Assembly (NCBI RefSeq): GCF_018350175.1 | Contig: NC_058368.1 | Span: forward strand, 227,914,001-227,978,000 | From: Felis catus | Lineage: Eukaryota | Length of the DNA: 64,000 nt | Direction: 5' to 3' | In this document: one piece after another, positions 25,413 to 38,380 of the stretch | Numbering within the stretch: position 1 is the first letter of the stretch | How the letters are laid out: every line of letters starts with the position of its first letter | Made by a program: the position numbers and the translations under genes | Notes under the pieces: model-generated | Told to the model about the DNA's origin: nothing | What the model saw: the letters and a program-made list of their open reading frames with translations, nothing else | Database searches by the model: none

Positions 25413-26499
25413 GAGATCCTGGACTCATTCTTGATTTCACATTCTCTCTCCTACTCTGTATCTAATCCATCAGCAAATATCATTGGTTCCATTTTCATAT
25501 ATATTTAGAATCCAACAGCCTGTCCCCACTTCTTTGGCTGCCACCATCGTCCAGAGCACCAACATCTTCCCTGATTCCTGCATAGTCTTCCTCCTGGACT
25601 CCCTGCTTCCACTTGTTTCTTCCAGTCTAGTCCCAACATAGTAGCTGACTATTTCGGTTAACATGTAAATCAGACCACATCGCTCCTCTACTCCAAGCCC
25701 TTCCTATCTCACTCAAACGCCACATCTTCATCACGACCCCTTCCAAGTCCAGGCCAAGACACTGAGTTTCCTGGTCATCATCCTGGGCCAATAGGCAGAG
25801 TTTTTTCTTAGACCACCCCAGGGGCCTCAGTTCCAATTATGCACCTGGGACAGACCCAAGGCCTTCCCTATCCCTGTGCGGCCATTAAAACATGAATTCC
25901 TGGAGCACCTGGTTGGCTTAGTTGGGAGAGCCGGTGACTCTTGATCTTGGGGTTGTGAGTTTAAGCCCCACGTTGCATGTAGAAATTACTTAAAAAAATA
26001 AAATCTTGAAAAAAAAAAACCCTATGAATTCCTTAGTCACGCAAAGTTGCCCCCTCTCTCAATCCCACGGAGCAGCCCCTGCATTCACTCTGTGTTCACT
26101 ATGCTGATTATCAGTTTCGTTTTTGCTTTTGGCTTTGAGGCTATCTCTTACTTGCTTAGGAGTTGGCTATCAATTTAAAAAGTTATTTATCATGTTTTGT
26201 TCAGCACCTCTCAGTGCTTGGGAGTGAGGTGGGGGGGGGGGCGGTTTAGGTTATGTTGTTTGCCATATTGGCCAGAAACAGAAAACCTGTCCTTTGTCTC
26301 TGCATCCAGGCCCGATGTCACCTAAGGTCCATCACATTGATGATGCATCTGGGCCATTCTCTGACTCAAATCTTTGTCTCTCTCTCTCTCAGGTGTGAAT
26401 CTGTTTTAACTTCCAGATCTTCAGCAAACAGCAAGAGTTGTTCTGTCACCTTGTTCCGACCCTCAGGTTTTGTGTGTGAGCCTCTAGCTTGCCTATTAA

Positions 26500-27130
26500 A
26501 GTAGTAGGTTGAATAAATGCCCTCCTCCACCAAGATGTCCATGGGACCTGGGGACTCCCTGGAACCTGTGAAAATATTAACTTCAGGGCAATGGAGATTT
26601 TGCAGATGTGATAAAGAGTCTGGTGATGAGAAAATTATCCTGGATTATCTTGGTGGGCTTCACGTAATCATATGGACAAGGGTCCTGGGGCTCCTGGCTG
26701 GCTCAGTCAGAAGAGCATGGGACTCTTGATATTGGGGTTGTGAGTTCGAGTCCCACGTTGGGTGTAGAGATTATGTAAATAAATAAATAAGTAAATACTT
26801 AAGAAAAGGGATCCTTCCAAGAAGATGGACATGGTGGGGAGTCAGTGTGGAGAGAGAGGGCCACATGATGATGAACGCAGAGCTCGGAGTGATGTGCTTT
26901 GAGAATGGGAGGAGCGACTACAAGCCGAGGAATACACGTGGTCTCCGGAAGCTGGAAGAGGCAAGAAAACGGATTCTTGCCCCATCCCTCCAGAAAGATT
27001 GCAGTCCTGCCAACACAGTGATTTAATTCCAGTGAGACTCCTTCCGGACTTCTGTAAGGTAACGTATTTGTGTTGATTGGAGCTATCCATTTATGCCAGT
27101 TTGTTACAACCTTAATAGGAGACTAATACG
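26500..27130 (+). mobile_element. MLT1D-like LTR with inserted short SINE (about 26686-26800)
   Basis: GTAGGTTGAATAA...CCCTGGAACCTGTGAA...TTTGCAGATGTGAT; ends GACTAATAC. Confidence 0.8.
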
Positions 27131-27554
27131 CAGGGGGTTTGGATCACCTAGATGAGAATCTAGATCCTTGTTCCTTCATGTTAGCACTGTCAAGAGCGTG
27201 GGGGAGGTGGCTGGATGCTGGAGACTGGCCTGTTGGTCATGCAGGCTGTCCTGGGTCTGAGATGCCTAGAGGGCCAGGACCCACGCGTTCACTTTGGTGC
27301 CTTGCTAAAAATGTGGCTGCTGCCAGTTGATCAGTCTGAGACTCCAGGAAATGAAGCCAGAGGAAAGCTGAGCCGGGGGGGAGGGGGGGGGTCGTGCACC
27401 GAAGCCTCTGGCTGGAGGGCTTCCTTGAGGGCAGTTGCTGGCGGTGGAGAGTGATGGTCAGGTACACGGTGGCCGGGGACTCAGGAGGGACAGCAGGTGG
27501 AAAGGGGCGCTCACCACCCACGCACTGAGCATCGACTCTTCCAGGGCCCGCCTT

Positions 27555-28100
27555 TTTTTTTTTTAATGTGGTAAAATACACCCATCGTCATAACATTTAT
27601 CATTGGAACCATTTTTAAGCGTATAGTTCAGTGACATTAAGTACATTCCCAACGTTGTGCAAATATCACCACCCACCATCCATCTCCAGAACTCTTCCAT
27701 TTTTCCAAACTGAAGCTCTGTACCCATTAAACAAAAGTCCCAGTCCCCCCTCCCTCAAGCCCTGGCACCCATCATTCTGCCTTCTATTTGTATGCATTTG
27801 GTTATTGTAGGCACCTTGTATAAGTGGAGACTTTTGGACTTTGTCCTTTGGAGACTGGCTTACTTCGCTTAACAGAATGTCTTTAAGGTTTATCTGTGTT
27901 GTAGAGCATGTGTCAGAATTTTCTTTCTTTCTTTTTCTTTTTTCTTTTAAGTCTGAATAGTGTTCATTGTGTGGATGCACCAGGTTCTATCTATCCATCC
28001 TCTGATGGACACTGGGGTTGCTTCCACTTTTTGGCTGTTGTGCATAATGCCACAGTGAACACTGGGGGATAAATATCTCTTCGAGCTCCAGTGCCTGTCC
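27555..28100 (-). mobile_element. Old LINE-1 3' end (L1MB-like)
   Basis: ACCATTTTTAAGCGTATAGTTCAGTGACATTAAGTACATT...GGACACTGGGGTTGCTTCCACTTTTTGGCT. Confidence 0.85.
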
Positions 28101-28149
28101 TTAATGTGTTGCTTTGTTGGTTGAGGAACAAGCTCCGAAAGGGACACTG

Positions 28150-28678
28150 TAAGTCCAATATAGTGCCCTGGAGTCTTATCCAAAAATGTGGGGCGAGATG
28201 TGTTTTAGAATTCAGATTTTTTTTCTAACTTTAGAAAGATAGTTCATCTTATATGTGGTATGTTATGTAATACCCAAAGTGTCGTTATAAACAGACTACA
28301 TGCGCCCCACATCAGTTTCGGTGTTTTTTTTTTTTTTTTTTTTTGCCACAAATTTATTTCCAGGTTTTTAGAGTTTTTACTTTTATTTATTTATTTGCTT
28401 TTCAGTTTGTTTATTTATTTTGAGAGAGAGAGAGAGAGGGACCGCAGGACCTCACGCACATGTGCTTTAGCAGGGGAGGGGCAGAGAGAGAGGGAGAGAG
28501 AGAATCCCAAACAGGCTCTGCACGGTCAGCACAGAGCCTGACATGCAGCTCAAACCCACGCACTGTGAGGTCAAGACCCGAGCCGAAAACAAGAGTTGGA
28601 CACTTAACTGACTGAGCCACCCAGGCATCCCTAGAGCTTTTTAGAGTTCAGAATTGTGGATCAGGAATTGTGGACATA
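28150..28678 (+). mobile_element. MER46C-like Tigger element interrupted by a minus-strand Can-SINE (about 28380-28631)
   Basis: CTTATCCAAAA...AGATGTGTTTTAGAATTCAGATTTTT start and GAATTGTGGATCAGGAATTGTGGAC end. Confidence 0.65.
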
Positions 28679-29204
28679 TAGCAAAGGTTATCAGTTTGCG
28701 GGCAAAAGAACTTAAATAAATAAATGATAAATAACTAAATAAACAAATGCCTTCACTTCTAATTCATTACTGTCTTTTGTATATGGTTTACCTCCACAAG
28801 CATTCTGGAAGAATTGAAGGGGTCAGTTCAGGGAAGACAGGTGATTGAGTTGAAATGAGTGATTAAGTATTCGGTCAACTCTGTCAGTACGGCTGAGGGG
28901 CATTATAGATGTACACGTCTCCTGAGTCAAACGGAGTTGTGGAGAGTGTGAACTTTTAACAAAAGTGATAGGGAGGAAGTGAAGGGGGCTGTGTCAACTA
29001 TTTGGAAATTCACAAAGTCAAGGTCAGAGATGTACTCACAGCATCCATTAAAGGAAGTTAATCAGAATGTAACTAATGGCCCTTAGATTAGATGTCTAGG
29101 AAGCCTTGAGAAAATAGATTTGTTCTGGATTTCACTACCTAGTTGGGATGGTTACACCATTTTTGTAAACTTATTCTGTATGAAGCTTTGTGTTATGCAC
29201 TTTA

Positions 29205-29635
29205 TTTTTTAAAATTTTTTTATTTAAAAAATTTTTGATCTTTATTTTTTTCTCAGAGAGAGAGAGAGACAGAGCATGAGCAGGGGAGGGGCAGAGGAGA
29301 GAGGGAGATGCAGAATCTGAAGCAGGCTCCAGGCTCTGAGGCGTCAGCACAGAGCCTGACACGAGGCTTGAACTCGTGAACTGGGAGATCGTGACCTGAG
29401 CCGAAGTCGGATGCCCAGCCACCTGAACCACCAGGCGCCCGTGTTATGCACTTTAAGTGCATTCCCTTAGGGACATCTGGGTGGCTCAGTCATAAGCATC
29501 CAATTCTTGATTTTGGCTCGGATCGTGGTCTCATGGTTCGTGACATTGCTCGGAATCCCCTCTCTCCCTCTCCCTCTGTGTCTTCCCGGTTTGCATGCAC
29601 GTATGTGCTCTCTGTCAAATAAGTAAGTAAAAGTA
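29205..29635. mobile_element. Head-to-head Can-SINEs (- 29205-29440; + 29470-29635)
   Basis: TSD GTGTTATGCACTTTA flanks the first. Confidence 0.85.
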
Positions 29636-29689
29636 AATTCCTTATTTAATTCTTTTAACGCTCTGTAGTGTATTTTTCCCCATCCCCAA

Positions 29690-29862
29690 GATAGGCCATG
29701 TAATTTATGGGGCCCCATGAAAAATGAAAATGTGGGACGCCTTGTTCAAAAGGTATTAAGAATTTCAAGATGGCAGCAGCAGAGTATTAAACCAAACTCA
29801 GAGCTCTTCTAAGTTTGGGACCTTACATGTCAGCACAGGTTGAAGGCCACAAAGCTGGATGT
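29690..29862 (-). mobile_element. MER45A-like hAT-Tip100 element
   Basis: AAAATGAAAATGTGGG...TTGTTCAAAA...TTAAGAATTTCAAGATGGCAGCAGCAGAGTATTAAACCAA. Confidence 0.7.
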
Positions 29863-30407
29863 CACCATCCCTATTTTTCATCTGAGGACATCCAGTACAA
29901 TGAGGCTACATCTTGCTCATGGTCAAACAGCTCCAATGCTGAAGGCAGAAGACAGAGTGCGCCCTATTGACCATTGTGCCACCCCTGGTCCAACTTAGGG
30001 GCATTACTCAGTGAGTATTAAAGGACAGAAGATCACGACAATTCAGCAAGCACTAAGGAGTGCCTAGAACTTTTGTGGGCATTCTTGGGAGCAGAAGAGA
30101 GGACAGGCTAACATCTGACATGATACATTAATAGTTCATGCTAGTAAATCAGAATAAATATATAGAACACACTCCTCCTGACTCCCCCACCAGGGGAGTT
30201 TTGCGGGGTCGGTTTAATTCCTCTGGGAGGGTAGTGTGAACCATCTATCTTGTGAAGATTTCTCATTAAATAACTATTTGCCTAATTGGGGTAAATCAAA
30301 CTAAATGCTAATTAGTATCTTCCACAGAGTAAAAATAGATCTCTAATCACTCACATTATTGCTGAGCACAGAGAGCACCAGGGAACTGTGTTTTCAGAAC
30401 CTCAGTC

Positions 30408-30605
30408 TTTTTTTATTTTTTATTTTTTACTTTAGAGAGAGAGAGAGAACATGAGCAGGGGAGAGGGGCAGAAGGGAGAGAAAGAGAGAACCTTAAGCAC
30501 ACCCAGTGCTTGGCACAGAGCCTGATGTGGGGCTCGATCCCACAACCCTGGGATCATGACCTGACCTGAAATCAAGGGTCGGATGTTCAACCGAGTCCCC
30601 CAAGC
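30408..30605 (-). mobile_element. Can-SINE
   Basis: Poly-T, (GA)n, reverse B box. Confidence 0.85.
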
Positions 30606-31325
30606 ACGTAGCAGAACCTTGGTCTTATTTAATGTTTCACAGGTTTCACGCAAAGCCCCACGTGCCGTTGCATGCTGGTAGCTGACACGCAGCTGAGACG
30701 CTTGAACATGGTTGATTTCCAGAGGCGGTTATCATGAGAAACTCGGTCATTAGTGGCTCTCACTGTTCTTGTGCAGCTCTGGGAAAGAATCCTCTACAAT
30801 TATGTGGCCAGAGTCATGCCAGTGAAATTCAAGTGACAGCTGAAGACAAGATGGAATGAGAATGGCCAGAGGTATGACAAGTAGTTACGCTCACTACATA
30901 TCGTGATTTGAGGAATGGCTTTGGCAGATGATGGCACATTGAGACTTCTGCGTCCTCCTTCTGCAGGATTCCAGCGAGATACTTCTGTGACAGCTGACAC
31001 TTCCAGCTGACCTTTTATCCGAGACTCCTGGCTTTGCTGGTCTGAAATTAAAACCCTTCTTTTGCCTGTTTCTGGCATGGATGTCCTGGAACATCTTCGG
31101 ACTCACTTAGGGTGCTCCAGTGAAAGTGGCCTAAACAAGGGAATGGGGGCCCGTCTTCTCCTTCCAACCAGAATGGAGGGAAGGAGCTGGGTGGGATTGG
31201 CCATCTTGGGATGTCACCAAGGTCTCCAAACTGATTCCACTCTGACACCCTCAGTATGTTGGCTTTCTCTTCAGCTTTGACCTCTCAAAGTGCAAGACGT
31301 AAGACTTCATAAAGTCTTTATAAAA

Positions 31326-31550
31326 TTTATTTTTACTTTTTTAATGGTCATTTATTTTTGAGAGAGAGAAAGAGAGACAGAGCATGAGTGGGGGAGGGGG
31401 AGGGAGAGAGGGAGAGAGGGAGACACAGAATCTGAAGCAGGCTCCAGGCACAGAGCCCGATGTGGGGCTCGAACTCATGAGTCATGAGTCATGAGATCAT
31501 GACCTGAGCTGAAGTCGGACGCTTAACTGACTGAGCCACCCAGGCACCCC
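31326..31550 (-). mobile_element. Can-SINE with long TSD
   Basis: TSD GACTTCATAAAG(T/A)CTTTATAAAA at 31303-31325 and 31553-31575. Confidence 0.9.
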
Positions 31551-31589
31551 TGGACTTCATAAAGACTTTATAAAACTGTGTCCAGGTCC

Positions 31590-31830
31590 AGGGAGGTGTC
31601 TTGCTTTGGGTTCCCCGAAGGGCAGAGCCTGATATCATTTATTTGGGAGCAGACCCAGGAAGCACAAGTGAGGGGCTGGGGGCATGAGACAGGGAAGGAG
31701 GAAAAGCCAATGCCAGAGTATGTCATTGAGCTGCTGCTATGGGCCTGTCGGGCTAAGTTCCGCTGGGACCTACTGGAAGGTACACGGAGTGTGGTCAGGA
31801 TTGTCCACCTGGATGACAAGGCTCCGAGAG
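31590..31830 (-). mobile_element. LTR16-like ERVL LTR fragment
   Basis: TTGGGTTCCCC..AAG.CAGAGCCTGA...TTTATTTGGGAG...CCCAGGAAGCAC motif. Confidence 0.5.
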
Positions 31831-33562
31831 TCTACACCCCCTGCTCCGGTTACCCTGGGGCTGGGAGAAGCCACATAGGAGAAGACCCCAAGGCACAGAT
31901 GTCAGGAAGCTCGGTGTGTGGGGTGCTGTCAGGTCTCCATGAGTATGAGGTCATCCCTGAGTACTGGCTTTGTTTCCTACTAGACCACAGAATTGCTCAA
32001 ACAACCTCATATTCTCCAGTGGGAAGCAGGGGGCACCTCACCCTCTTAATACTCCGAAGTCTGCCTCCTATAGCCGCCTTGTTCACCCTATTCCTGAGCA
32101 CAGCCCCTGTGTGCCCTCTCCCCTTGGGCATGAGTGTATGGGACTAATGAACTACTGTCCATCTCACCTGTCCGGGGTCGTGTGTCCTGTGTTCATCCGT
32201 CCCCACAGCCCTGGGACAATCGCCCCTCCCTCACCGATGGAGTGACGAGAAGGCGCTCAAACAACCATGGCTAAGAGTGGCCGCCGTGGCTTCAGGCTTG
32301 GGGATGAGAGGCAAGGAACCAGAGACATCTGCTACCATAGGGAAAGGGGGCGGTTTTTCATCTCTTGCCTCTCTTGATTTTATCAGGGTCAGAAGCTTCC
32401 CTAGGAGCCCCCCAGCAGATGCCCCTCGCATTTCACCGGAAGTAACGGGGTCACTTGTCTACCTTTGAAGCCATCACTAACAGGTGGTGATGGTATGATG
32501 GCGACCGACTGGGGCCTGGTCGCACGTCATCCCCGGTGGCAGGAGCAGGGCCCACTTTCCAAGAGCACATCTTCACTCAATGTCTCCGTGAAGTCAGGGT
32601 TTCCCTAGAATGAAATAAGGGAGGGTGGGTTGTTAGGTAGGCAGCTAGCAGTGTCTGTCGTCTACATAATGGGCAAACCATGCAAGGGTGTGGTGTCCTC
32701 TCTACTATGTTTTAACTCTGGTGACAGTACAAAAAGGAGACTGAGGGGCAAGAAATTGGGGCAGGCCAAGAAATCAAGGGGAGTTACACCCAATTAAGGG
32801 GCAACCAGCTGAACTGAGGATAGTAACCATAGCAGGTAGCCGATGGTGTGGGACGTTCACCACAACTGAGGAGGAGGAAAATCGCAGGGGGTCACCATCA
32901 CATTGGTTTTTCAACTTCAGTGTCCTCAGCAGTTACCTGGGCCCGTCCCCTGGGGATCATGATTCTGAAGTTCTGCGGTGAGGCCCCAAAGTGTGCAGTT
33001 TTAGCTCACATCCCTCAAGCGATTCTGAAGCAGGTGGTTGGTATCCACATGTCGAGTATCACTCCCCCGGGGATTAAAAATCCAGGACAGGATTACTGCA
33101 CGCACAGTGGCTCTCCAGCAGGGGTGGGAGGCAGGCTTAACCTTCCTGAGGTTTGCCCAGCCCTACTGCAGAATCCAACAATGCAGACCAGGCTTGCCTC
33201 CCCTGAGCCGGCATGCCGGGAATCTCCATCAGCGCGCGCTCTGCGGTCGCATTGACAGGTGCCCCCCGTGTAGTCACTGACCTTCATCCCTCGGTCTACC
33301 TGCTATTTGTGCCTCACTTTCATCTGCTGCGTTGCTGTTGTCATGCCTTCCTACTGAACTGCTTACGGGCTGACTTGGCCTGAGCCAAACAGCATCCCCC
33401 ACACAAGCTACCTCATGCCTACATTCTAGAAGTATTTATTGAGTAGCATGTGCCAGGCATTGTTCTAGGCCATGGGATCCAACATGGAAACCAACGCACA
33501 GAGAGCCTGCTCCTGACACTGACGTGACATGAGTCGTGCAGGAAACAAATAGAAACAGAGCC

Positions 33563-34020
33563 TAATGGGTTGAAGTGTGTCCCTCCCCTTACTGCGTTCA
33601 AGACCCCGGTACCTGTGAGTGTGATGTTCCTTGGGAATAAAGTCTTTGCAGATGTAATTAAGTTATGGATCTCAAGAAGAGGCCATCTGGATTCAGGATG
33701 TGCCCTAAATCCAATGACTGATGCCTTTTTAAGAGCGAGGAGAGGAAGGGGTGCCTGGGTAGCTCAGCAGGTTGAACGACTGACCCTTGATCTCGGCCCG
33801 GGTCATGATCTCATGGTTTGAGGGATCAAGCCCCGCATCAGAAACGGAAGCGATGCAGCCACGAGTCAACAACAGCTGGATCCACCGAGAGGCTGGAAGA
33901 GGCGAGGAAGCAGTGTACCCTAGAACCTTCGGAGGGAGTGTGGCCCTGCCAACTCCTTGATTTAGGACTTCCGGCCTCCAGAATGTGACAGAATACGTTT
34001 CTGCTGTGCGAGCCATGTAG
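33563..34020 (+). mobile_element. MLT1(A-C)-like LTR with inserted SINE fragment (about 33748-33840)
   Basis: ATGGGTTGAAGTGTGTCCC...CTTTGCAGATGTAATTAAGTTA...GGACTTCCGGCCTCCAGAA. Confidence 0.8.
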
Positions 34021-34486
34021 TTCGTAGTAATACGTGTAGTGAGTCGGGTCATAATGAGAGCTGGGGAGGAACAGGGTGGCGAGGGCTGGAAGGGCGGAGC
34101 GCGTGCTCCTCCAGGCGGTGACCAGGGACACACGGGGCCTCACGTCTTGTGTGTGCTTTCCCCGATCACGGCCTCCTGGCCTCGGCATGTTTGTCTCAGC
34201 CTGGTGCGCTCTCAGACCTGGGTGTGTGGTCTCACCTGACACTCAGCTGAGGACTCTACTCTCTGCAGTTGCCCTCCACTCCGTGGGGCTGGGTGGAGAG
34301 CAGCGTGGAGGGCAGGTGCCCCGTCCTCAACCAGCAGCTGCTGCTCTGTGCACGCTGATCATCACCACATGGGCATAAAGCTGGCCTCGCCAGGTCTCCC
34401 AGGTCCTCAAGAGAAGCTGGGAATCTGATAGAAGGCTCCAATGTTTTGTTTTGCTTCGCTTTTTTGCATTTATTTAAAAATATTGA

Positions 34487-34919
34487 GGGGACTCTGGGTG
34501 GCTCAGTTGCTGAAGAGTCGGACTCTTGGATTTGGCTCAGGTCATGACCTTGCAGTTGGTGAGTTCAGCCCCACATAGGCCTCTGCACACTGACAGTGCA
34601 GAGCCTGCTTGGGATTCTATTTCTATCGCTCGCTCTCTGCTCCTCCCCAACTCATGCACACACATGCTCCCTCTCTCTCAAAATAAATAAACTGAAAAAA
34701 AAAGTTAAAAAAAAAATTGAGGTGAGGGGTGCCTGGTTTCTCAGTCGGTTGAGTGTCTGACTCTTGATTTCAGCTCAGGTCATGATCCCAGGGTCCCGGG
34801 ATCGAGCTCTGCGCTGATCATGAAGCCTGCTTGAGATTCTCTCTCTTTCCCTCTGGCCCTCTCCCCTGCTCACGTGTGCTCTCTCTCTAATATAAAATAA
34901 AAAATAATTAAAAAATTTA
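34487..34919 (+). mobile_element. Two tandem Can-SINEs at the end of an antisense L1 fragment (about 34920-35190)
   Basis: Heads at 34487 and 34726; shared target AAAATTGAGG. Confidence 0.85.
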
Positions 34920-37429
34920 AAAAATTGAGGTGAAATTGACATAGCATAAAATCAAATCATTTTAAAGTGGACGATTCAATGGCATTTAGTCCATTCCCAG
35001 TGTTGTGTAGTATCACCTCTATCTAGTTCCAAATCATTTTCATCATCCAAAAAGGAAACCCCATGCCTTTTAAGTAGTCGTTCTCCATTTTCTTGGACCA
35101 CCCCCTTCCCCCCCCAGTTTGCCACCAATCTGTGTTCCATCTCTATGGATTTACCTCTTCTGGGCCCTTCATATAAATGGAATCATACACTTGGTTCCAA
35201 ACGTCTGCAACAATCAACAACAAAAGATGCGACGTGCATCTAATAAACTGGCCCTTTGACATTCAGTTTCCGACTCTGGCTTGGCCTTTGACAGGTAGCC
35301 TCTCATATCAAAGTGAGGGGGTTGTTTGGAAGCTGTCTCTGTGGCCAATTAGGATGCTGTTAATGCCAGGCTAGGGAGTGACTGGGAAGAGGTTTTGGTG
35401 ACTGTGTTCTGATTCCAATGTTGTCCCCAAGAGGACTCACGGCTGTGACCACCGGGAGTTAGAAAGGATGCTCCCCTCTCCTCCATGGTCTAGTCTAATG
35501 TGCTACTCAGTGAGAGAGGCTACTCCCAAATATCCAAACAGGAGAGTGGAAGGAAAATGTTGCTGGCATGGGATTCAGATCTCATAGCCGCACGGTCCAT
35601 GTGCTCCCCCTTCCAGCCTGAAATTCTGCTTGCGAGAGCAAAATGTGTACTGGTTGGTTGTTTTCCCCCAGGGGAGGTGAGGTCATACTCTTGCTTTCAG
35701 TTTAAAGCGAGGAAAAAATGGGATGTTAGTGTTGGAAGGCTGTGCTCGTTCTCTCCCAGAGTCGTTTGTCCCTTTAGTGAGCGGTTATTGAGCACCTGCC
35801 AGGTACGCAGTGGGGTAAAGAGACATTGCCCGTCAGCCCGCAGATTTATTAGAGGGTGACAGATACATTTTACAAAAATAAAGAAAAAACAAACACCGTT
35901 ACCAAGTGTCAGCAAGAAACAATGGGTATAAAAGTAGGAAGAGAGAGATTCTACCAGGAAGAGGGGGCAGGGAAGCATTAAAAGTTTCATTCACTTCTTC
36001 TCTGGTCCTGGAATTGGTTCTCTGCACAGAAGCTGGGGCGGCAGCGGCCGGGTGGGGAGGCTGGCGTGGAGGGCACCTAACCCATTTATTTGCTTGGCTC
36101 ACCCAGCTCTGCGCACAGACGCTGGGCGGCTTCTGCCCCGAGGGGTGCTGTGCGGTTTCCTGATTCCTTTGCCCTGAGAGGCCACCTTCTGCTAATTTGC
36201 AGAAAGGCACTTGAATAATCTGGGCTCCTGGCTTTGCATAGCGCCAGTCTTCAGTTTGTACTTTGGGCTTCAATGTTGCAATGCCTTTGTTGTTGCCTTG
36301 GGACTACAGTTATATATAGGAAGGAATGGGATTTATTATTGCTGTAAATAATCTTTCTCTGGGCAGCTTATTAAAAATGATCCCTTCTCTTCTGGCTGGA
36401 GGGGGCTAGGTGTGGTGCTGTCTAAGGCAGAGCGAAGGATACAATGACTCACTTACTTAGGTTCTTTTCCAACTTCTGATTCAATGAGTTAGGTTTTCTT
36501 CGAGCCCATGAGTCATTTTCCCTGCTCGGTGACTTGCGTGACAGGGTGGTGAGATAACCAGGAACTCAGGGAGCCAACTGGTAAGTTTTATAAAAGCTTG
36601 TAAAGGAAAGTAGATTTTCAAAGACCGGAGGGAAATTCAGAAGTGTGGAAAATGCAGTCATCTAAGAATACAGTTCCCGAAACAAGGGAAAACATCTTCC
36701 AACAGTCATGTAATTTTTCACCTTCTCACATTTCACTTTTGTTTAAGAAAGAAGTCTGACATCACCAGCGTGATTTGCCGTGTCAGAAATGCTGCGGGTG
36801 CCTTTGCAAACAGCTGCAAGCCTTTGTGCTCGGCTGATCGTGCTGTGAGGATGACTGTTTTGTCCACCGAGGTTAGAGTGATCCCTCCACCCCCTTAGCT
36901 ACTCTGAATTCCTGGCCGGCACTGTGAGACGGACTTATAGAGAATGCCATTTATTTCAGCATCATCAGAAGGTCACCGCGCACAACGTGACACATAACGT
37001 GTGCGAAAAGAGCTTGTGTCCCTGGGTGTCATTAAACGCATGTCAGGGCAGGGGAGAAAACAGATGCTACCTCTCGTGTCCTTTTCAGCGTGGAGTTGGA
37101 CAGTGAAAAAGCTGTTGGGTGTCAGCAAAGGAAACAGTAAAAATTATCAGCAGAACGTCCGTCCTCTCTGTCTCGGGCTGTCCTCTCGCGGATAGTTACT
37201 TTTTATCAGTGTTTGGTAAGTTTCGAAGAAAGAATTGTTTCATGGGTGGCGTTCCAAGTAAGCCCATTGGAAGGCCTTGTGTCCGAAGCACAAATTTGCC
37301 ATGATCTTTGTGGGTGTTGGGGGTGGGGAGGCTTTCATACTGGAGTTGACTGTTGACGGGCCTGGTCCTGGGCTATTTGGCCCCAGGAAGAGAAGGAAAC
37401 TCCTGAATGAACTTGCCGTGTGTACCAGC

Positions 37430-37910
37430 TCTCTTTTACTGTGTACCAAAGCACCCAAGACGTACTGGCCTCGCGCAATAGCCAGTTTTAGTATGCCTCC
37501 TGAATTTGTGGGCCGGGCTCAGCCGCACCTTCGTTCTCCCTGTGGCGTTGACTGGGGTGGCTCGGTGGTACTGGGCTGGAGGATGGGCTGATCTGGTGGG
37601 TCCAAGACAGCTTCACTCATGAGTCTGATACCTCAGTGGGGATGGCTGGAAGGCCAGGCTCAGTTGGGACTGTGGACCGAGATGCCAAAAGGTGACCCTC
37701 CAGCATGGTGGCTCGCTGTTCCCCGAGGGAGTTCCCAGAGACCAAGTGCAAACATCAAGTGTCCTGTGGACGACCTTTGGACGTCAAGCAGCATCACTGT
37801 CTGTGCTCCGGTGTCTGAGACAGTCACAGGCCAGCCAGATTCAAGGGAAATAGGCACCCGGCCTCAATGGGAGGAGGGCCCCAAATCTCTGGCCATCTTA
37901 ATCTACCACA
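37430..37910. mobile_element. Old MaLR (MLT1J/K-like) LTR
   Basis: CTGGAGGATGGGCTGATCTGGTGGGTCCAAGACAGCTTCACTCATG...CACAGGCCAGCCAGATTCAAGGG. Confidence 0.55.
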
Positions 37911-38099
37911 TGGTGTCAGAGGTGCATTTTTCAGTCAGGCTCTCAGTACTCCATGAAAATTCTTACACTCCTTGAACATTTTCCCACCTCCTTCTCTTCA
38001 GGATTTAGCCTCACACTCCCCGACTAGGAGATGTCTTCATTCCTACTTTCCTAATACAGCGTGAGCCGTTAGGCATAAACTAAGTGAAGTGGGAAAATG

Positions 38100-38380
38100 C
38101 ACGCGTTCTTGCACCAAAGAACCCACACTCAAAAGTCCTTACTATCCTTGAGACCTTGAGCAAGCCGTTCAACCTCTCTGACCCTCCGGTGCCTGGTCTG
38201 CAGAAAGGGGACAACACTACTACAATCACTGGGGGATTACTAATGCTGTGTGTCTAAAAAATGCTTTAGGGGCTCCCGGCTGCCTCAGTCGGTAAAGCAT
38301 GTAGCTCTTGATGAGGGTCGTGAGTTTAAGTCCCACATTGGATGGGGAGCCTACTTAACAAAAAAAAATGCTTTTTACAA
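38100..38380 (+). mobile_element. MIR with inserted short Can-SINE (about 38268-38368)
   Basis: GACCTTGAGCAAGCCGTTCAACCTCTCTGA MIR core; repeat AAAAAATGCTTT flanks the SINE. Confidence 0.65.

Larger units (their letters stand above)
24330..25750. mobile_element. LINE-2 remnants interrupted by SINEs
   Basis: TCTACCAAAATTGCTCTTGTCGAGGTCACCAATGGCCTCCATGTTGCTAAATC and ATCCATCAGCAAAT...AATCCAAC motifs typical of L2. Confidence 0.65.
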
